Positions 39,413-53,490 of a stretch of DNA of 64,000 nt are shown in pieces. How positions within the stretch are numbered: the first letter of the stretch is position 1; each line of letters begins with the position of its first letter. The notes under the pieces are model-generated. The model worked only from the letters and a program-made list of their open reading frames with translations, was not told the origin of the DNA and did not search any database. The stretch comes from the human T2T-CHM13v2.0 reference genome, Homo sapiens. The DNA is taken from assembly GCF_009914755.1 (NCBI RefSeq), contig NC_060937.1. One strand, 5' to 3'. The translations under genes were made by a program, and so were the position numbers.

Positions 39413-42400
39413 TACCTTTATACCATTTTTGCTCCTCTATTATTTTACTGCTTTATTATTTCTTAAAATAATATATCCTGTTGTGTCATTTTAACTTCTT
39501 AAATTATATTTCACTATGTTTGTTTGAATCTTTTTCTTAGAGGTTAATCTTTAGCTTAAAATATACATTGTAAATTATCAGTTTCTGTTTTAGTTTTGTG
39601 CTAATGTAATTCTAATGAAATGCAAAAATGTTAATCCTATATAGGTCTATGTCTTTTTCCCTCTTCTGATACTGAAATTATTTATATATATAAAACTTAT
39701 ATATTCATTGCAAATTCAAAACTACATTGTTATGATTACTACTGTATAAAATTGTATGCCATTTAAAGAAGCTCAAATTAGAAACAATGCTTTTTAAAAT
39801 TTACTTTTAATATTTACTTTTTTTGTTTCTCTTAATTTCTTCAGGCATATTTGAGTCAATATCTCAAACATTGTCATTTCCTCACTTCAATTCAGTTTTA
39901 CTCCCACCACCTTCTTTGTGCTGTTTTTGCTAAATACATTGTATGTCTATCTATTATAAACTTAATAATACAATTCCAAACGAATTATTTTATACATTTG
40001 CTTTCCAAATTGGTTAAAGATAGAAGGAATAAATACACCTTCATACTGTCTTTCATAATTACATAATGGCTTGCCTTTACCAATGTTGAGCTACTTTTTT
40101 TTTTCTTATATGGAATTGATCAGTCTTGAATCATTTTATTTTAGCCTAAATAATCTTATCAAGTATTTTTTGGAAGGCAGATCTGCAGGCAACAAAATTT
40201 GGTTGTGTTTTTATTTTGCTCCCATTTTTGAAATATAGTTTTTCTGCTTTTTTTCCCCGAACTTTGTGTGTGTCAACTTAAAACCTTTTGTAGCTTCCAT
40301 TATTTCTGATGAGATGTCAGTTGTAAATTTTATTGGGCTAACTTTTATGCAATCAGTGATTTTTGACTTCGTGCTTTCAAGATGTTTTCTTTGCCTTTCA
40401 CTTTCAATATTTCCACACTCAGATATATCTGAGTCTGCATCTTTTTGCCTTGCTTGGAGATGTTTGAACTTCTTAGGTATGCCGATGAATGTTTTTCATC
40501 AGATGTGCATTTTCTGCCTTTATTCATTTGAATACTTTTTCTGATCTATTGCTGTGTTCATTCTTCATGAAACACCAAGAACAGTTATATTAGTGTGCTT
40601 AATGAAGTACCACATTTTTGCGAAGGCCCTGTTTCAAACTCCTTGGTTTATTTTTCTCTTTGTTGTTAAGACTGTTTAGTTTCTATTAATCTATCTTAAT
40701 CTTTGCTGTTTTTTTCTTCTACAAGTACATTCTACTATTAATCCTCTCTAATAATTTTTTATTATATTATTTTTTAAAATTTTATTACTGTGGAGTTTTA
40801 ATTTCGTTCTTCTTTATCATTCCCAACTCTCTGTTAATATACTCCATTTAATTGCACATTGCCATTATACCTTTCTTTACTTCCTTAAGCATGGCTCTTT
40901 TTAGTTAACGTACATATAATAGCTTTCTGAGATATTCATTTGTCTGTTAAATTTGACAACTAAGACTTCTTGGTGATAGTTATGGTTGACTATTTAATTT
41001 TTTTCCTTGTGTATGGTTTATACATTTCAGGACTTTTCTTTTTGTATTTGTTATAAATTTGTGTTGACAATTGGCCCTTTAAATACTGCTTTGTAGTAAC
41101 TCTATACATTGACCCTCCCTTCTCCAAGACATATTATTTTTGGTGACTGTTTATACTTTCAGTTTCTTGGAGGGACTATATCAGTGACTTCTCCAGGCTA
41201 TGCAGCCTCTGATGTTCTTCCTCAGAAGGCACAGCCTTGAGCATGCACACATTTCCTTGGGATGACAGTGGTTTTAGCAGAACTCTTTTGGGTTGTTTGT
41301 CTGATTTATTTGTAGCGGTGTCTCTCTTGTTGCTATCACACCCAACTGATAGCCATAACTAATTTTCAGTTGATTGTTCTATTGTTTTTAATAATAATAA
41401 TAATACTCTGGGGAAATAAATTGCCCAACAGGCTGATCCAATTAAATGCAATCCTCTTTGCAGAGATAAACATTAGGTCTATTCTCTTTCAGATGACAGC
41501 AGGGCTCTTCTCATCTATTTCTTTCCCTGCTTGTCTCTGTTAAGTGTCTAAACAGTTTAAGGTTTAGCTTCCAAATCTCATGTTGCTATAAGCCTCCTTT
41601 TAATTACTTATCAACAAAACACTTATCATTTTCCACACCATGCTTAGGTCTGAATTGCTCCATGATCTTCAAATAAACACAGTTCCTTTACTGAGGACTT
41701 TGGAGCTTATGGTTTTCATGTTCGCCTCTCCCCTGAGCAAAACCTCTGTACCACCATTCCAGAGCTGAGCACGGGGATAGTGGCATGCTTATCTCAGAGT
41801 GGCAACCCTGTTATAAGAATGCTGAATTGGGGCAGTGGCCTCTTAACTCTTGGCATTTCTATTCTGGCATGAGCCATCCACCTTTAAAATGAGAATGTGA
41901 GAGGGCAATTAGCACTCCAGTATTATTTGCCTACCATGCCTGGGGTAGAGCTTTCATGGAAAAAACGGGGGTTGGATAGAGGAAGTGAGCCCCAGAATTC
42001 ACAGCTGTTTTTTCTTGCTATAAGGTTCTGAAATTTCAAACTGGGGGAATGTGATAAATCTTGGTGGCCTGTCTTTCCCAGGGACTTGTCATAGTGCTAG
42101 AATGAAACCTGTGTACAGAGTGTGGCCTTTGTTCTTGTCTGCATCAACACATAGAGGAGGTTCATCATACTGAGCTGTGGCAAAAGAGAACAGGTCTTGG
42201 CTCAAGTGACATAGACTCCGGAAGCTCTTTCCCAACTTAGTGTACTTTCTTGAATAAATGTTTCTTCATTTTCTGTAGAACAACAGGATTTCCAGATATT
42301 TTAGCTTGTTTTATTATTACATTAATGTGTAGTGATGGTCATTTGGTTGGGGAGAGGCTCCATGCAGCTTCTCATGCCACCATTATGGAAAACATTCTCC

Positions 42401-42444
42401 AAGATTAAATCTATATTTTAGATGTCAGTAATATCTGCTCCAAC

Positions 42445-42950
42445 TCAATTTTGTAGAAATTGACAAATTGATTCTAAAAGTAATGTGTAAACTTATAATA
42501 GAAACAACTAGAGTCGTCAAAAACTTTTAGGAAAAAAGGAAAAGTTGGAGTAATTACTCAATTTTAAGACTTGAAATTAAGTTTCAGTAGTCGAGGCAGT
42601 ATGTTTTTGGTATAAGCATATGCATAAGACGGTATAACAGGATAAATGGTCTAGAAATAGATCCACAAAATATAGTCAACTTTTAAGTACTAAGGTAAGA
42701 GTTTTAAACAAATATTGCTAGAACAAATCAATATCCACTTGGAGCAAAATGAGTATCAACTGTTTTACTTATAATACACAAAATTAACAAGATATTGTGT
42801 ATAAATCTAAATGAAAATGATGAAGCTATACTTTCTAGAATCTGACAAAGGAGAAAAGTTTAGTTACCTTAAAATACGCAAAGTTTTATGATATTACATG
42901 CATACAAAAAAAGAAACTTCTGCCCTTTGAAAGAGCTAAGAAAATGTAAA
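42445..42950 (+). mobile_element. Old L1ME-type ORF2 fragment
   Basis: GTAGAAATTGACAAATTGATTCTAAAA...CTAGAAATAGATCCACA. Confidence 0.7.
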
Positions 42951-43129
42951 GGTGCGTTATGGATTTATTGATGATTTATAATTTAGTTGTAAGCTTTTTT
43001 CATATATTCTAAGACCATTTTTTTCAGATACATCTATTATTAATATGTCCTCCAAATCTGTGTGAGAAATTATTCAAAATGATACACATATGTTCTTAAA
43101 ATTAAAATCTGTTCTTCAAAAAGGTGCCA

Positions 43130-43912
43130 TTAAAATTGCTCAAATCAAATACTGGCACAAATGTGGAGAAAGATAAATTCTTGTACACTTTTGGTGGAAA
43201 TGTAAATTAGTGCATCCATTATGAGAAACAGTAGGGAAGTTTCTCTAAAATTAAAAATAGAACTACCATATGATGCAGCAATCCTGCTACATATTCCAAG
43301 GAAATGATATCGGTGTGTCAAAGAGATATCTGCATTTCCATGTTCATTGCAGCACTGTTCACAATACCCAAGATATTAAATCAACCTAAATATCAATAGA
43401 TAAAGAAAATGTGGTAAATATGCACAAAGGAATACTGTTCAGCCATAAAAATGAATGAAAGTCCTCATTTTTGGCAACATGAACAAACTTGGAGGACATT
43501 ATGTTGAATGAAGTTAGCCAGACAGAGAAAGACAAATACTAAATGATCCCACTCATATAGGGAATCTAAAGAACTTGAATTCATAGAAGGAGTGAGTAGA
43601 ACAGTGATTACGAGAAGCTGAGAAGGGTAGAGGACAGGACGGGAGAGGAAGAGATTGGTCACCAGGTACAAAGTTACAGTTAGACAGGACAAATAGGCTC
43701 TGGTGTTCTATTGCTCAGTAGGGTGACTATTGTTAATAATATTGTACTGTACATTTCAAAATAGCTAGAAGAGAGTATTTTACATGTTATCACCACAAAG
43801 AAATGATATATTTATGAATATGCTAAATACCTTAATTTGATCATGTGTATCAAAACACCAAAATGTACCCTATTCATCTGTATAATTGTTGTGTCAATTG
43901 GAAAAAAAAATA
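43130..43912 (+). mobile_element. L1MA (approx. MA6-8) 3' end
   Basis: GTGGAGAAA...GAACTACCATATGATGCAGCAATCC...GGTACAAAGTTACAGTTAGACAGG...TTTCAAAATAGCTAGAAGAGAG, then A tail. Confidence 0.9.
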
Positions 43913-43994
43913 AGTGAAATGAGACTACTAGAAAAGCTTTGTCATTTAAAAATAAAGAATCATTAATTCAGAACAGGCCAAAAAAAAATAGCTA

Positions 43995-44505
43995 CTCTAT
44001 GTCTTGAATGCAGATGTTTATAATAATAGCCCCAAACTGGGGAAAGGCAAACCATATGTTCATCAATTGATGAATGAGAGAACATCATCCAATGTATTTG
44101 TAATATGGAGCAAAACTAAGCAATTTTTAAAAAATAACTTAGAGATATATTCAATAGCATGAATTAATCTCAGCAGCATTATTCTGAGTCAAAGGATCCT
44201 TATGCAAATTAACAAATACTACTTTATTCTATTTATATGAAATCTTAGAATAATCAAAATTATGATAAATTAACGACAAAGAAACAGATCTTTGGTGGCT
44301 TGAGTCTGAGATGTGGAGGACTGACTCCAAAGTAAATGTTTTGTCACAGTGAAAACATCCTATATCTTCATTGTTATGGTGATTAAATGTTATTTATCAA
44401 AAGCATTTGTCAAAACAAATGGTACTCCACAATTAAGATGAGTACATCTTATGTATGTTGTATTTCAATAATGATAATTTACAAAGAAAAAAATAAAAAA
44501 GTAAA
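43995..44505 (+). mobile_element. Old L1ME/MD 3' fragment
   Basis: ATAATAGCCCCAAACTGG...ATTCTATTTATATGAAAT...CATCCTATATCTTCATTG. Confidence 0.75.
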
Positions 44506-44756
44506 AATAGCAAAAATTCTATCTATATTGCTCATGGATTTACTCAGTGAGAAAATGAAAATGATAGTTATTGGATACATTACCATGTCAACAATATCTA
44601 ATCACTATGATTAGAAATTCCACTGATAGAGATAAAATTAAAGACCATGCAATTTGGTGTGAGGAAGTGAATATGAACATAGGAATTAAGAACACTTACA
44701 CAAACACTAAAAATATAATTATTGAACTTTGAGTGAGTAAAGGAGTCATAGGATGA

Positions 44757-45081
<325 letters not shown>

Positions 45082-46189
45082 AATGTTACAGACTCTTTAA
45101 TCAGATTTCTCTTCTCCCTTTCTCCAAATATATAACCTTAAAATAAAAAGCCAAAATGAGCTCTGAAACTTCAATGTTCTTAAACACAATAAATATAAAA
45201 ATAGTCAACATTAACAAATTATAAAACAGCAAGTTCACCATATTTGTATATAATTCAAAACATTTTCTTAAAACATATGATGATTTCAGTGAGCATATTG
45301 ATTCAAGAAACATAAATTGTTATTTCAAAATATATGTCAAAGTACATCGAATTATGATGAAATGTTCCTGCTCTGAAAGGCAAAACAAAGGGATTAGTTT
45401 TTATTTCAAACAGAACACTGTTCCATTCATTTTACTTATCAGGTCTAAACTATAATTCTTTGTTTTCAGTTTGGATGATCTCCCAAATTCAATGACCAAC
45501 AGGGAAGTTTGTCACTGTATTTTGAAACCCAACTTAAAACCTTTAGAAATGAAAAGTTATTTTTGCACTAAAGGGGGAAAATGAAAAAAATTATTAATTC
45601 AATCAAGAACAACTTTTGAAACTGAATCATAATTGTGATTGTTTATTATATCAGTATTTCCATTTTTAAAATTCTTTATTTTAATTTTTGTGGTATTTTA
45701 TCCAACCAAATGTCCAAAATCTTTTTAAAGAAATGACAATAAGGTATATAATAGTTTATTTTAATATTTTAAAAAAGTAAAAGAACATAAGGTACATTTG
45801 CTCTTGCATTCAAAATAATAAATGCTTTCTTAAAAATTATATTTCAAAGGTACTTAAGACTTGGGAATAATTATCTTGCCTTACATGGAAACAGCAACTT
45901 CAAAAAAACCTTTTTTCAGCAATCCCCACAGCTGTCTTCTCCACACTGAATACTAAATACCATTCTGCCACTATGGCATACGTACAGCAGCATTAACACA
46001 CTGCTTTCTGACTAGCAATATTATTCATGATCTTTCCCAATTAGTTGTGCTTAAAATGAAGACAGCTGTTAAACTGGATTCTTTCATCATATACATATAT
46101 TATTAAATTTGCTCCAAAATGGCAATAAAACTGTGAGTGATTTCCAAGGTGGAAGAGTTTCTTAAGAAAACAAACACACACAGAAAACA

Positions 46190-46420
46190 AGCATTTAGTG
46201 AGCACTTTCTCTTAGCCAAGCATTTTGCTAAGCATATGAAAATAAATTACCTCTAATCCTCACAACAATACTTCAAGCCAGATATTTTGTGCATTTTAGA
46301 GAGGAAAATACTGAAGTGTCAAACATGAAGAAGGTTTCCCCAATTTTAAACAGCCAATATTGGCAAGAAAGGATGTATCCTCAGGCCAGCTGGACTTCAA
46401 TGTCTAGGAAGTGACCACCA
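46190..46420 (-). mobile_element. MIR
   Basis: CATTTAGTGAGCACTT...AATCCTCACAACAA...CATTTTAGAGAGGAAAATACTGAAG, the MIR core in antisense. Confidence 0.7.
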
Positions 46421-48184
46421 TCCCTTGACCCTCCCCATTTCTTTCCTCATGAATGGCTTGAGAGCTTAAAACCAGAAATCGAGAGAAGAAGAAACAACCT
46501 AGTAAATTCAGATGCTCCGTATTTAGGAAAAATGGTGAAGATATTTATGAGATTGTGAATTCTATCAGAACTTGTTATCTTCTATTGCTCATTTAGAAAT
46601 CAGAGAAAACATAGATTTCAAATTTGTAGTTGAGTATTGATGAAAATATTATTGTGTTTGTGGGTTACTGAAGGAAAAATTAATCATTTTCATCAAACGT
46701 CTAAGACGTTAAGATTCCAGGAAAATAATTAACTGAACAGTGAAGATATCAAACCAGATTGACAAAATTAAGTGTGTCACATTAGAAAATAGGTAGCTAA
46801 TATTTATTATTGACATGCATGCAAGTAGATATTATCTACCTACATGCAGAACAAAATATTTCATTTCATGTTTAAAGCATATAACAGAAGTAAAAAAATG
46901 CAGTTAAATAATCTGTTTGCTATTAAGAATTAGCTTAAAAACAGAATTTAAAACATAAAATTAATAGCCAGATTAGAAACTTGGGTTTAACATGGCATAT
47001 TTTGGAGATCAGAATTGTGCCACAGTATAAAACTTTTTATATGGCTGCTATAGTTCGTTACTGATAATTAATTAACACAATATACAAACATTTGGGAAAT
47101 TGCCCTTATTGCTATCAATAATATAAAATATATTTTAAAGCTATTTTAGAGACAACAAATAAACATCTCAAATATTGATTTCTGAACACTTCACAAAACT
47201 TATTAAATTGCAATACCGAGTCTTTCAATTACAATTTCAAAGTCACTTCATTCTGTTATTATATAAATATAGTCATTATATAAATACTATTCTTCTTCAT
47301 CTCCAATTTAGCAGGGAATAATCATGGGCTTTCTATGTGAATTATGAAAAAGCCCAGAATACCTAAGATATCATATTAATTTCTGGGAGTTTTGCCATCC
47401 TACAATAAGAAAATGCTAGGTAATATGTCAGCTGCTATTTTGGTATCAGGCAGCATTATATTTGATCTACTACTAAAATTTAAGACCTAAAAGAGTCTAT
47501 TTAAATATATGGACCAAATGTATATTTTAAAAATCAAACATTTATTATTTTTTTCTGGCATGATAAAACATAGATAGTAATAATTTTTTTCTAGATATTA
47601 ATGGCTTTCTATATATGTAGAGGAAATAATAATATCACAATTTGAACGGTGTTTTAACTTGCCATGTTCTTTCTCATCAAAATTTTAGCCTTGAGTACTT
47701 AATAAATAAACTCATCTACTATCCAATTGTAGATTTGGTACTTCCATTACTATCTCCTTCAGTAACCTTGTAAAAGATTGTGGGACATCATTAAACATGA
47801 ATTATGAAAGCATCCTTTTAAAGATAACACAGGACTGCTATCAATTGAATATATGTAAAAAGAAGAACTAACAACTATCTTGTGGCTTAATATGATTTAA
47901 TCATACTATGCAACATTTAGGGACAATTAATTGGTTCAAGACAGTCAAGCCATCTCATGTCTAGATAATTTGCTGAATGCCCTTAGGCTGATTCCAAGTC
48001 CTAGTACAGCTTAGGGACTTAGATAGTTTATCAAAACATGTATTCATAGTCATAGATTCCCCCTCATTTGTATTTGTGTCATAACCCACAGGACTCTAGA
48101 GATGAAAGAACAATTATCATGATTCTTTCAAACCATGCTTTTTGGCCAATAGCAATAAAGATGCTTTGATAAAAAATAAAATAA

Positions 48185-48880
48185 CATTCAATTTAGCTCA
48201 GTGAACACTGAGCACTTACCAAGAATAAGGCACATTAGGCTCTAAGGAAAAACTGAGAATATCACAAAGCAAACATTTCACAGTGGAATGCAAACCTTTA
48301 AATTAGTTGATTGATATGGAGATAAGTAAGAAAGAATAACTAGTTAACAGGAAAGAGACATTGATTTATCAGTTCCTAAGGACTGAGTTAAGGAGATTGG
48401 GAGGTGCTTTTCTACCTGTGTTTTTGACACCCATGAAATCCCTGCTGTCTGAGCCCCCAAATTACCTTTCACACTCAACTACTCCTCAGAATTTTCCACA
48501 TCATCCTCTGTTGGTCTGAACTACTGTCATTTGTCAGGTAGACATCCCCCTTAACCTGCTATCTAGTCTGCCTGTACACTTTCAGTCTCCCAATCTCCAG
48601 CACAATTCTAGATGGCCCCAGGAATTATCTTTCCTTTCATCTAAATTAAAACATATGCATCCTCACGGCATGATACACCATCTCATTTTCAGGGAAGACT
48701 TTCCTATCCTCCTTGACTGAGTCAATTTCACCTAAAAGAGGTTTCACTGCATTATGAGCCTCTTTAACATAACACTTTAAATTTCTTACTAGTATTAGTC
48801 TCTTCCATTATACTATAATCTCAATATTGGCAAAGGCCAGTTATGGACTCAATTCTGCACAGTAATTGGGCCTTAAAATT
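48185..48880. mobile_element. L2 fragments
   Basis: CATTCAATTTAGCTCAGTGAACACTGAGCAC (L2 tail, antisense); CAGGGAAGACTTTCCT...TATACTATAATCTCAAT (sense-like). Confidence 0.5.
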
Positions 48881-48957
48881 ATTTTTACCCTCATTGAGCT
48901 TATTGTAAAGAGAAAAAGTGACTAGACCAGGGCTTTGCACTTAGTTAGCTATTACTA

Positions 48958-49385
48958 ACTATATATATATATATAGACATAAACACACACACACACACAC
49001 ATTTATTGTATATATAGACATTTAGCGTATATATACACACACTAAAAGTATAAGACACTGAATGTCTATATATACACTAAAATGTATGAGACACTAAATG
49101 TCTATGTATATAGTAAAATGAAATAAAATGAAATAAAAATGATTTTAGTAATATATACACTAAAATAAAATAAAAATCAAAAATACATATCTATATATAC
49201 ACACTCATAGTGTATATAATTATATATAATATATAGTGTATATACATATATACACACAGTAATGAATGTATATATAGTATTTTATTTTTAGTTTATTTCA
49301 GTTTATTACATCTATATATACTCATTTTAGTTTTATTTATACTCATTTTTTCATTCATTATATAGCTTACTAAGTATACATACTG
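48958..49385. repeat. (TA)n/(CA)n compound microsatellite and AT-rich low-complexity tract
   Basis: TATATATA, CACACACA and TAAAA runs with internal direct and inverted units. Confidence 0.9.
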
Positions 49386-49565
49386 AATGTAAAAGTGAAT
49401 AACCATTAAATATCTTTAAGACTGAAACATGGTATGATTTATGTGGGAATTTAGGTTTGACCGTTTAACTCATACAGAAGAAAACCCAAAAGAAAATCCA
49501 TGATTAAAAGCTATCACTTTTATATATTTAACTGAAATATAACAGCAAGTCCTACTAAAAATACC

Positions 49566-52500
49566 CTTACAGAAGCCACAATAGGTGGCCCATATGGGGA
49601 CATGAGGAAGGGTGAGTAAAACATGGATCCCAAAATCTCTTTCTCTTTTGTTTCTGAGCTTTCTTACTCACAGACATTTTCTGAGGGCAGGGGAAACTGC
49701 ACCCTCCTACCCCGTCCCTCTCAGGGGTTGGGAATGTTGGCCTTGATCCAACCCAGTCTTTTCTATGGCATTTTCCTCCTTTTTTGGGAATATAATGACA
49801 TTGTCTTTTACAATATTTGGGGTGTTCTACCCCAACCCCAATGGCCACAGGTGCATACACTGGAAGGGTGGGCAAGGGACAGCTCCCTGCTCCTTTCCTT
49901 TCCAGCTGTGGAACATGATTTTTCTTGCCACATGTACATGCAGCATCCAACGGCTACACACAGCAGGAATGAACCACAGCCACTGCCACTGCCCAGAACC
50001 CAGGATGGCCTTGGGGACCCATGCTCCACGTGGCCCGCTGGCCAGCATTTCCCATCACTGTCTAAGGTGTCTTCCCCTTTCCCAGCTGAAGGATCAAGCT
50101 CAGTCTGACAGAAATTAAAAGTTTCTCTTCCTGTTGAAGAAACTCATTTGCATAAGAATAAGAGATTTCTTCCCCAGGCATCTTTTTTTTCCTCCAACCC
50201 GTCAGCAATTAATGCAGCTCTGTACTTAAGTTTTGTTTTGTTTTTTTTTTTTGGTTGTTTGTTTGCTTATTTTTTAATTTTCTCCACCCTGTCAGCAGTT
50301 AATACAGCGCTGCATTTAAGCCTTTTTTTTTTTTTTTCTTTTCCCCACCAGGTCAGGAGTTGTTGAGTAGGTAAGAAAGTAGTTGTGGTTTTTTTTATTA
50401 ATAAGAATGGCAGGGACCGTGATTACTCTTGCACCAACATAGTAACACAGCCCTCTTCTCTATACCGGAGGGTTTTTTTTTGTTGTTGTTGTTGTTGTTT
50501 TGTTTTGGAAGGTGTCTTATTAGATCAGGACACCAATTCATAAGACATCTTTTCTCTCCCATGTTTGAGGAGGCAGCAAAGGAGCAACACCACTGGCTGC
50601 TGGCTGCAGTCTGATGAGAGACACCTGGGACTTGATGAGTCCATGCACCCTTGAGGCAGTTCTTTTGTCCCAAACTCAATTCCAAGCTCAGGTCGAAGCC
50701 CTAAGAAAGAAAACTGGATCTGAGGGATCCAGAGGTGGACAACAACAGAAGTTAAAAGGTACACACAGCTGAGCATGGCTAATTCCTGCTGATTAAACCA
50801 AGTCTCCAATTTCATGGATAAAGGTCATGCTAGTATCCATGGCATAAATGAGGTCTAGGAAACTAGAAGGCTATTGACAGCAGGGAGAAAGGCAGCACAT
50901 GGGTAAATGTGGATAATTGCACCCACTAGTCCCTCTGTTGGCATTGGTGAAAAACCACATTGGTACCCACGGTACCAGGGCTGAGGTCGCTGAGACTCAG
51001 GGATATAAGAATGGAAGAAAGAAAGAGGATGCTTTTTCCTTCTCTCCCTCACGTATTCTAGGTATTCACTAGGAAGAGAAAGGAAATAGGGATGCCTGGC
51101 TCCCCTCTTTCTAGATGTGTAGCCATTCATCTTCAGTCTGTTCCCCTTTCAAATGCATCCTGAACGCCTGGAGCATACAGAAAAGAGGTAAACAAGATTA
51201 CCTAACATGTTTAGGAACTTGGGATTGCCAGAATGATGTTTAATATCCTTCAGGTTATATTTTAGTAAGTAATATTCATATATGTTCCAAAATTGTATAG
51301 GTTTTCTAAAATTCTAATGTCTGAGTATATGCTATCAATCACAATTAAGGGTGTTAAGTTATTGTAAACCACAGAGATAAACAGATTTCTTTGTCAATTG
51401 TGTTTTTGACTATAACTACCTTGAACATTTTTGTTCTTTGCAGACAACTGTTGTCTTGTTTTTATCCTCTTCAAAAGATGGTTTATAATCAGCTATAGAA
51501 CTTTGACAGGTACTCTCAAATACAGGTTTCTGATAACTTTGGAGATTTTGACATTGGAATAAAGGAAAAACATGCAGGACTCATGAAGAGCTGAAATTTT
51601 CATTAATATCAAGCAGAACAAGAGTTAACTGAATGGACTGAACTACTAAAAACCTGAGATTATCTTTTTTTTTTTTTTTTACTCTTCTTTGTTTTGTTTT
51701 TCAGACTCAAGGTAACTTTCATTTTGAGTTACTTACAGTACTTAATAATCAAGTAAAGTATATTCCTGTGAACAAAATTTGGAGCATATTTGCTCGTCTA
51801 TGCCTGCTTCCTTTAGAATTTGGAAATTATCTGTGAGTATTCTGAACTCATGGCAATATAGTTATTTGCATCAGTGCAGTAAGAATTCATTTTCTTTGGC
51901 AACAGCATACAATTGGAGGAATTGGTTGTTTTACCAAAGCTTTGGCTCGAAGGGTGTGTTTCCCTTTAAGGAATCAAATTTGATTTGCAGAGCCAATACA
52001 AGCCTCTAGAGAAAAGTGGCCTCATACCTTGTCTACACAGTCTCTGTACTGGGTTCCTAACCTGTATGAATAAAGAATGTGACTCTCTAACAGACCCAGC
52101 CACCCCATGTTTGTGGGACCTCAAGAAGAGAGGAATTTACCCAACTCAAAAGTATTTGAGGGTACAATCCCATTGCTGGGCTTGGCTTTAAAGGGTCTTA
52201 TCTGATGTTCCTTGTGGAACAGACTTCTATCAAAGTCAATTTAAAAGGCCTATGTAAAAATAACTATTTTTTCTGCACTTTATGCCAATAAATAGGCCAG
52301 GTATAAGACTAAAGTTTATTTTACAAACAACTCAGTACTATCATGATTTGTTTTTAACAAAAATGAGGACTGAAGAGAGAGAAATTATGTTTCTAAACTT
52401 ATGCATTTGTCATTAAATTCTAGACTCATTAATTGTTTTTAAGTTTTTGGCCTACATTTTAGACCAACCCTGTTTATTCCTGTAAACCAACCAGTGATCT

Positions 52501-53035
52501 CTGGCTGCCGCTCAGAAGAAAAAAAGGGATGGGTAATGTAAAAATCTGGTCCAATATTCTAGTTCTGGACAGTTATCCTACAAATTCTGCCAGGTGATAG
52601 GAATAAATAGGGTGCCCATAACGCAAAGGTTTATTTTTTGAGAAATTAAGACCAAGAGAGCTAACCAAAGCCAAGCCCCATGGACACTAATCTTAGCAGG
52701 CATAACTACGGCCACCAGGTTATCTGGGCATGATGGCAGCCTAGGGATTTTTGAGCTATCCTTACCCAACCACCCCTTGTTTCATTTTGATACATTTCTT
52801 CTAATAAATCGGTTTGTCTCTTCTCATGTTTAGGCCATTGAAATCCAAACAGTCATGCAACCAGAGCTTCTAATAATTACCTCCTTTTACCTGGGACCCT
52901 TAGATAGGCCTCTGAGGGAGATCTGACTGCCATTTTCCCGAAACAGCACTCCGTCAGCAGGAAGCAGTTAAGACAGGTCATTGTCCTTATCCTTATCCTA
53001 ATGGCAGTTAGATGTACTTCTTCAGAGTGGAGAAT
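49566..53035 (+). mobile_element. ERV1 MER4-group internal sequence (MER61-int-like), lacking 5' LTR and pol
   Basis: Leader motifs (AAACTGGATCTGAGGGATCCAGAGG), gag-start-like CCCCTTTCAAATGCATCCTGAAC at ~51143, a long AT-rich 3' region, and PPT CAGAGTGGAGAA before the LTR. Confidence 0.8.
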
Positions 53036-53490
53036 GATAGAGGCAGAAGACAGTCAAATGCCTAAGCAGATAAGGAAGGGTCCCTGGAGAAGCTCTAATC
53101 CCCCAGGTCATTGAGCACAGGGAGCTTCCCTAAACATGTGCATGGTGAAACATTCCGTCCCTTAACACATGTGCAGTAAAGGAAATAAATCAATGGGGAG
53201 CACTTCAGACTAAAAGCCCACATGTGCACTGGAAGAATGGGGTGAAGTCACCAGGAATTTGTGCCTTATGCACAAGGAGCTTAGCCTCTTCAGCTCATGT
53301 TGGTGGTCTGGTATTTGACTTTGTGAGGTGGAAACCTGCTTACAGAACCCCTCTTTTTCTTGAGAGCTTTCCTTTTGCTTAATAAATTCCACCCTCCTCA
53401 TCTTTCAATATGTCTGCGTGCCTAATTATTCCTGTCATGAGACAATAACCTGGATTTTAGCTGAACTAAGGAGCAAAAAGTACTGCATCA
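53036..53490 (+). mobile_element. ERV1 3' LTR (MER61/MER50-like)
   Basis: TGATAGAGGCAG...CAAATGCCTAAGCAGATA start, AATAAA at 53381, end TTTTAGCTGAACTAAGGAGCAAAAAGTACTGCATCA with TGAT...ATCA termini. Confidence 0.88.

Larger units (their letters stand above)
38392..42400 (-). mobile_element. Old L1M (MC/MD/ME) ORF2-start/ORF1/5' region, fragmented
   Basis: T-rich antisense L1 tracts (TTTCTGATGAGATGTCAG; ORF 40345 KGKENILKAR is ORF1p-like), with a GC-richer 5' part at 41150-42400. Confidence 0.65.

Noticed and set aside
49567-50118. Cluster of five overlapping ORFs up to 161 aa
   Set aside because: GC-richer ERV leader with few stops by composition and no recognisable domain.
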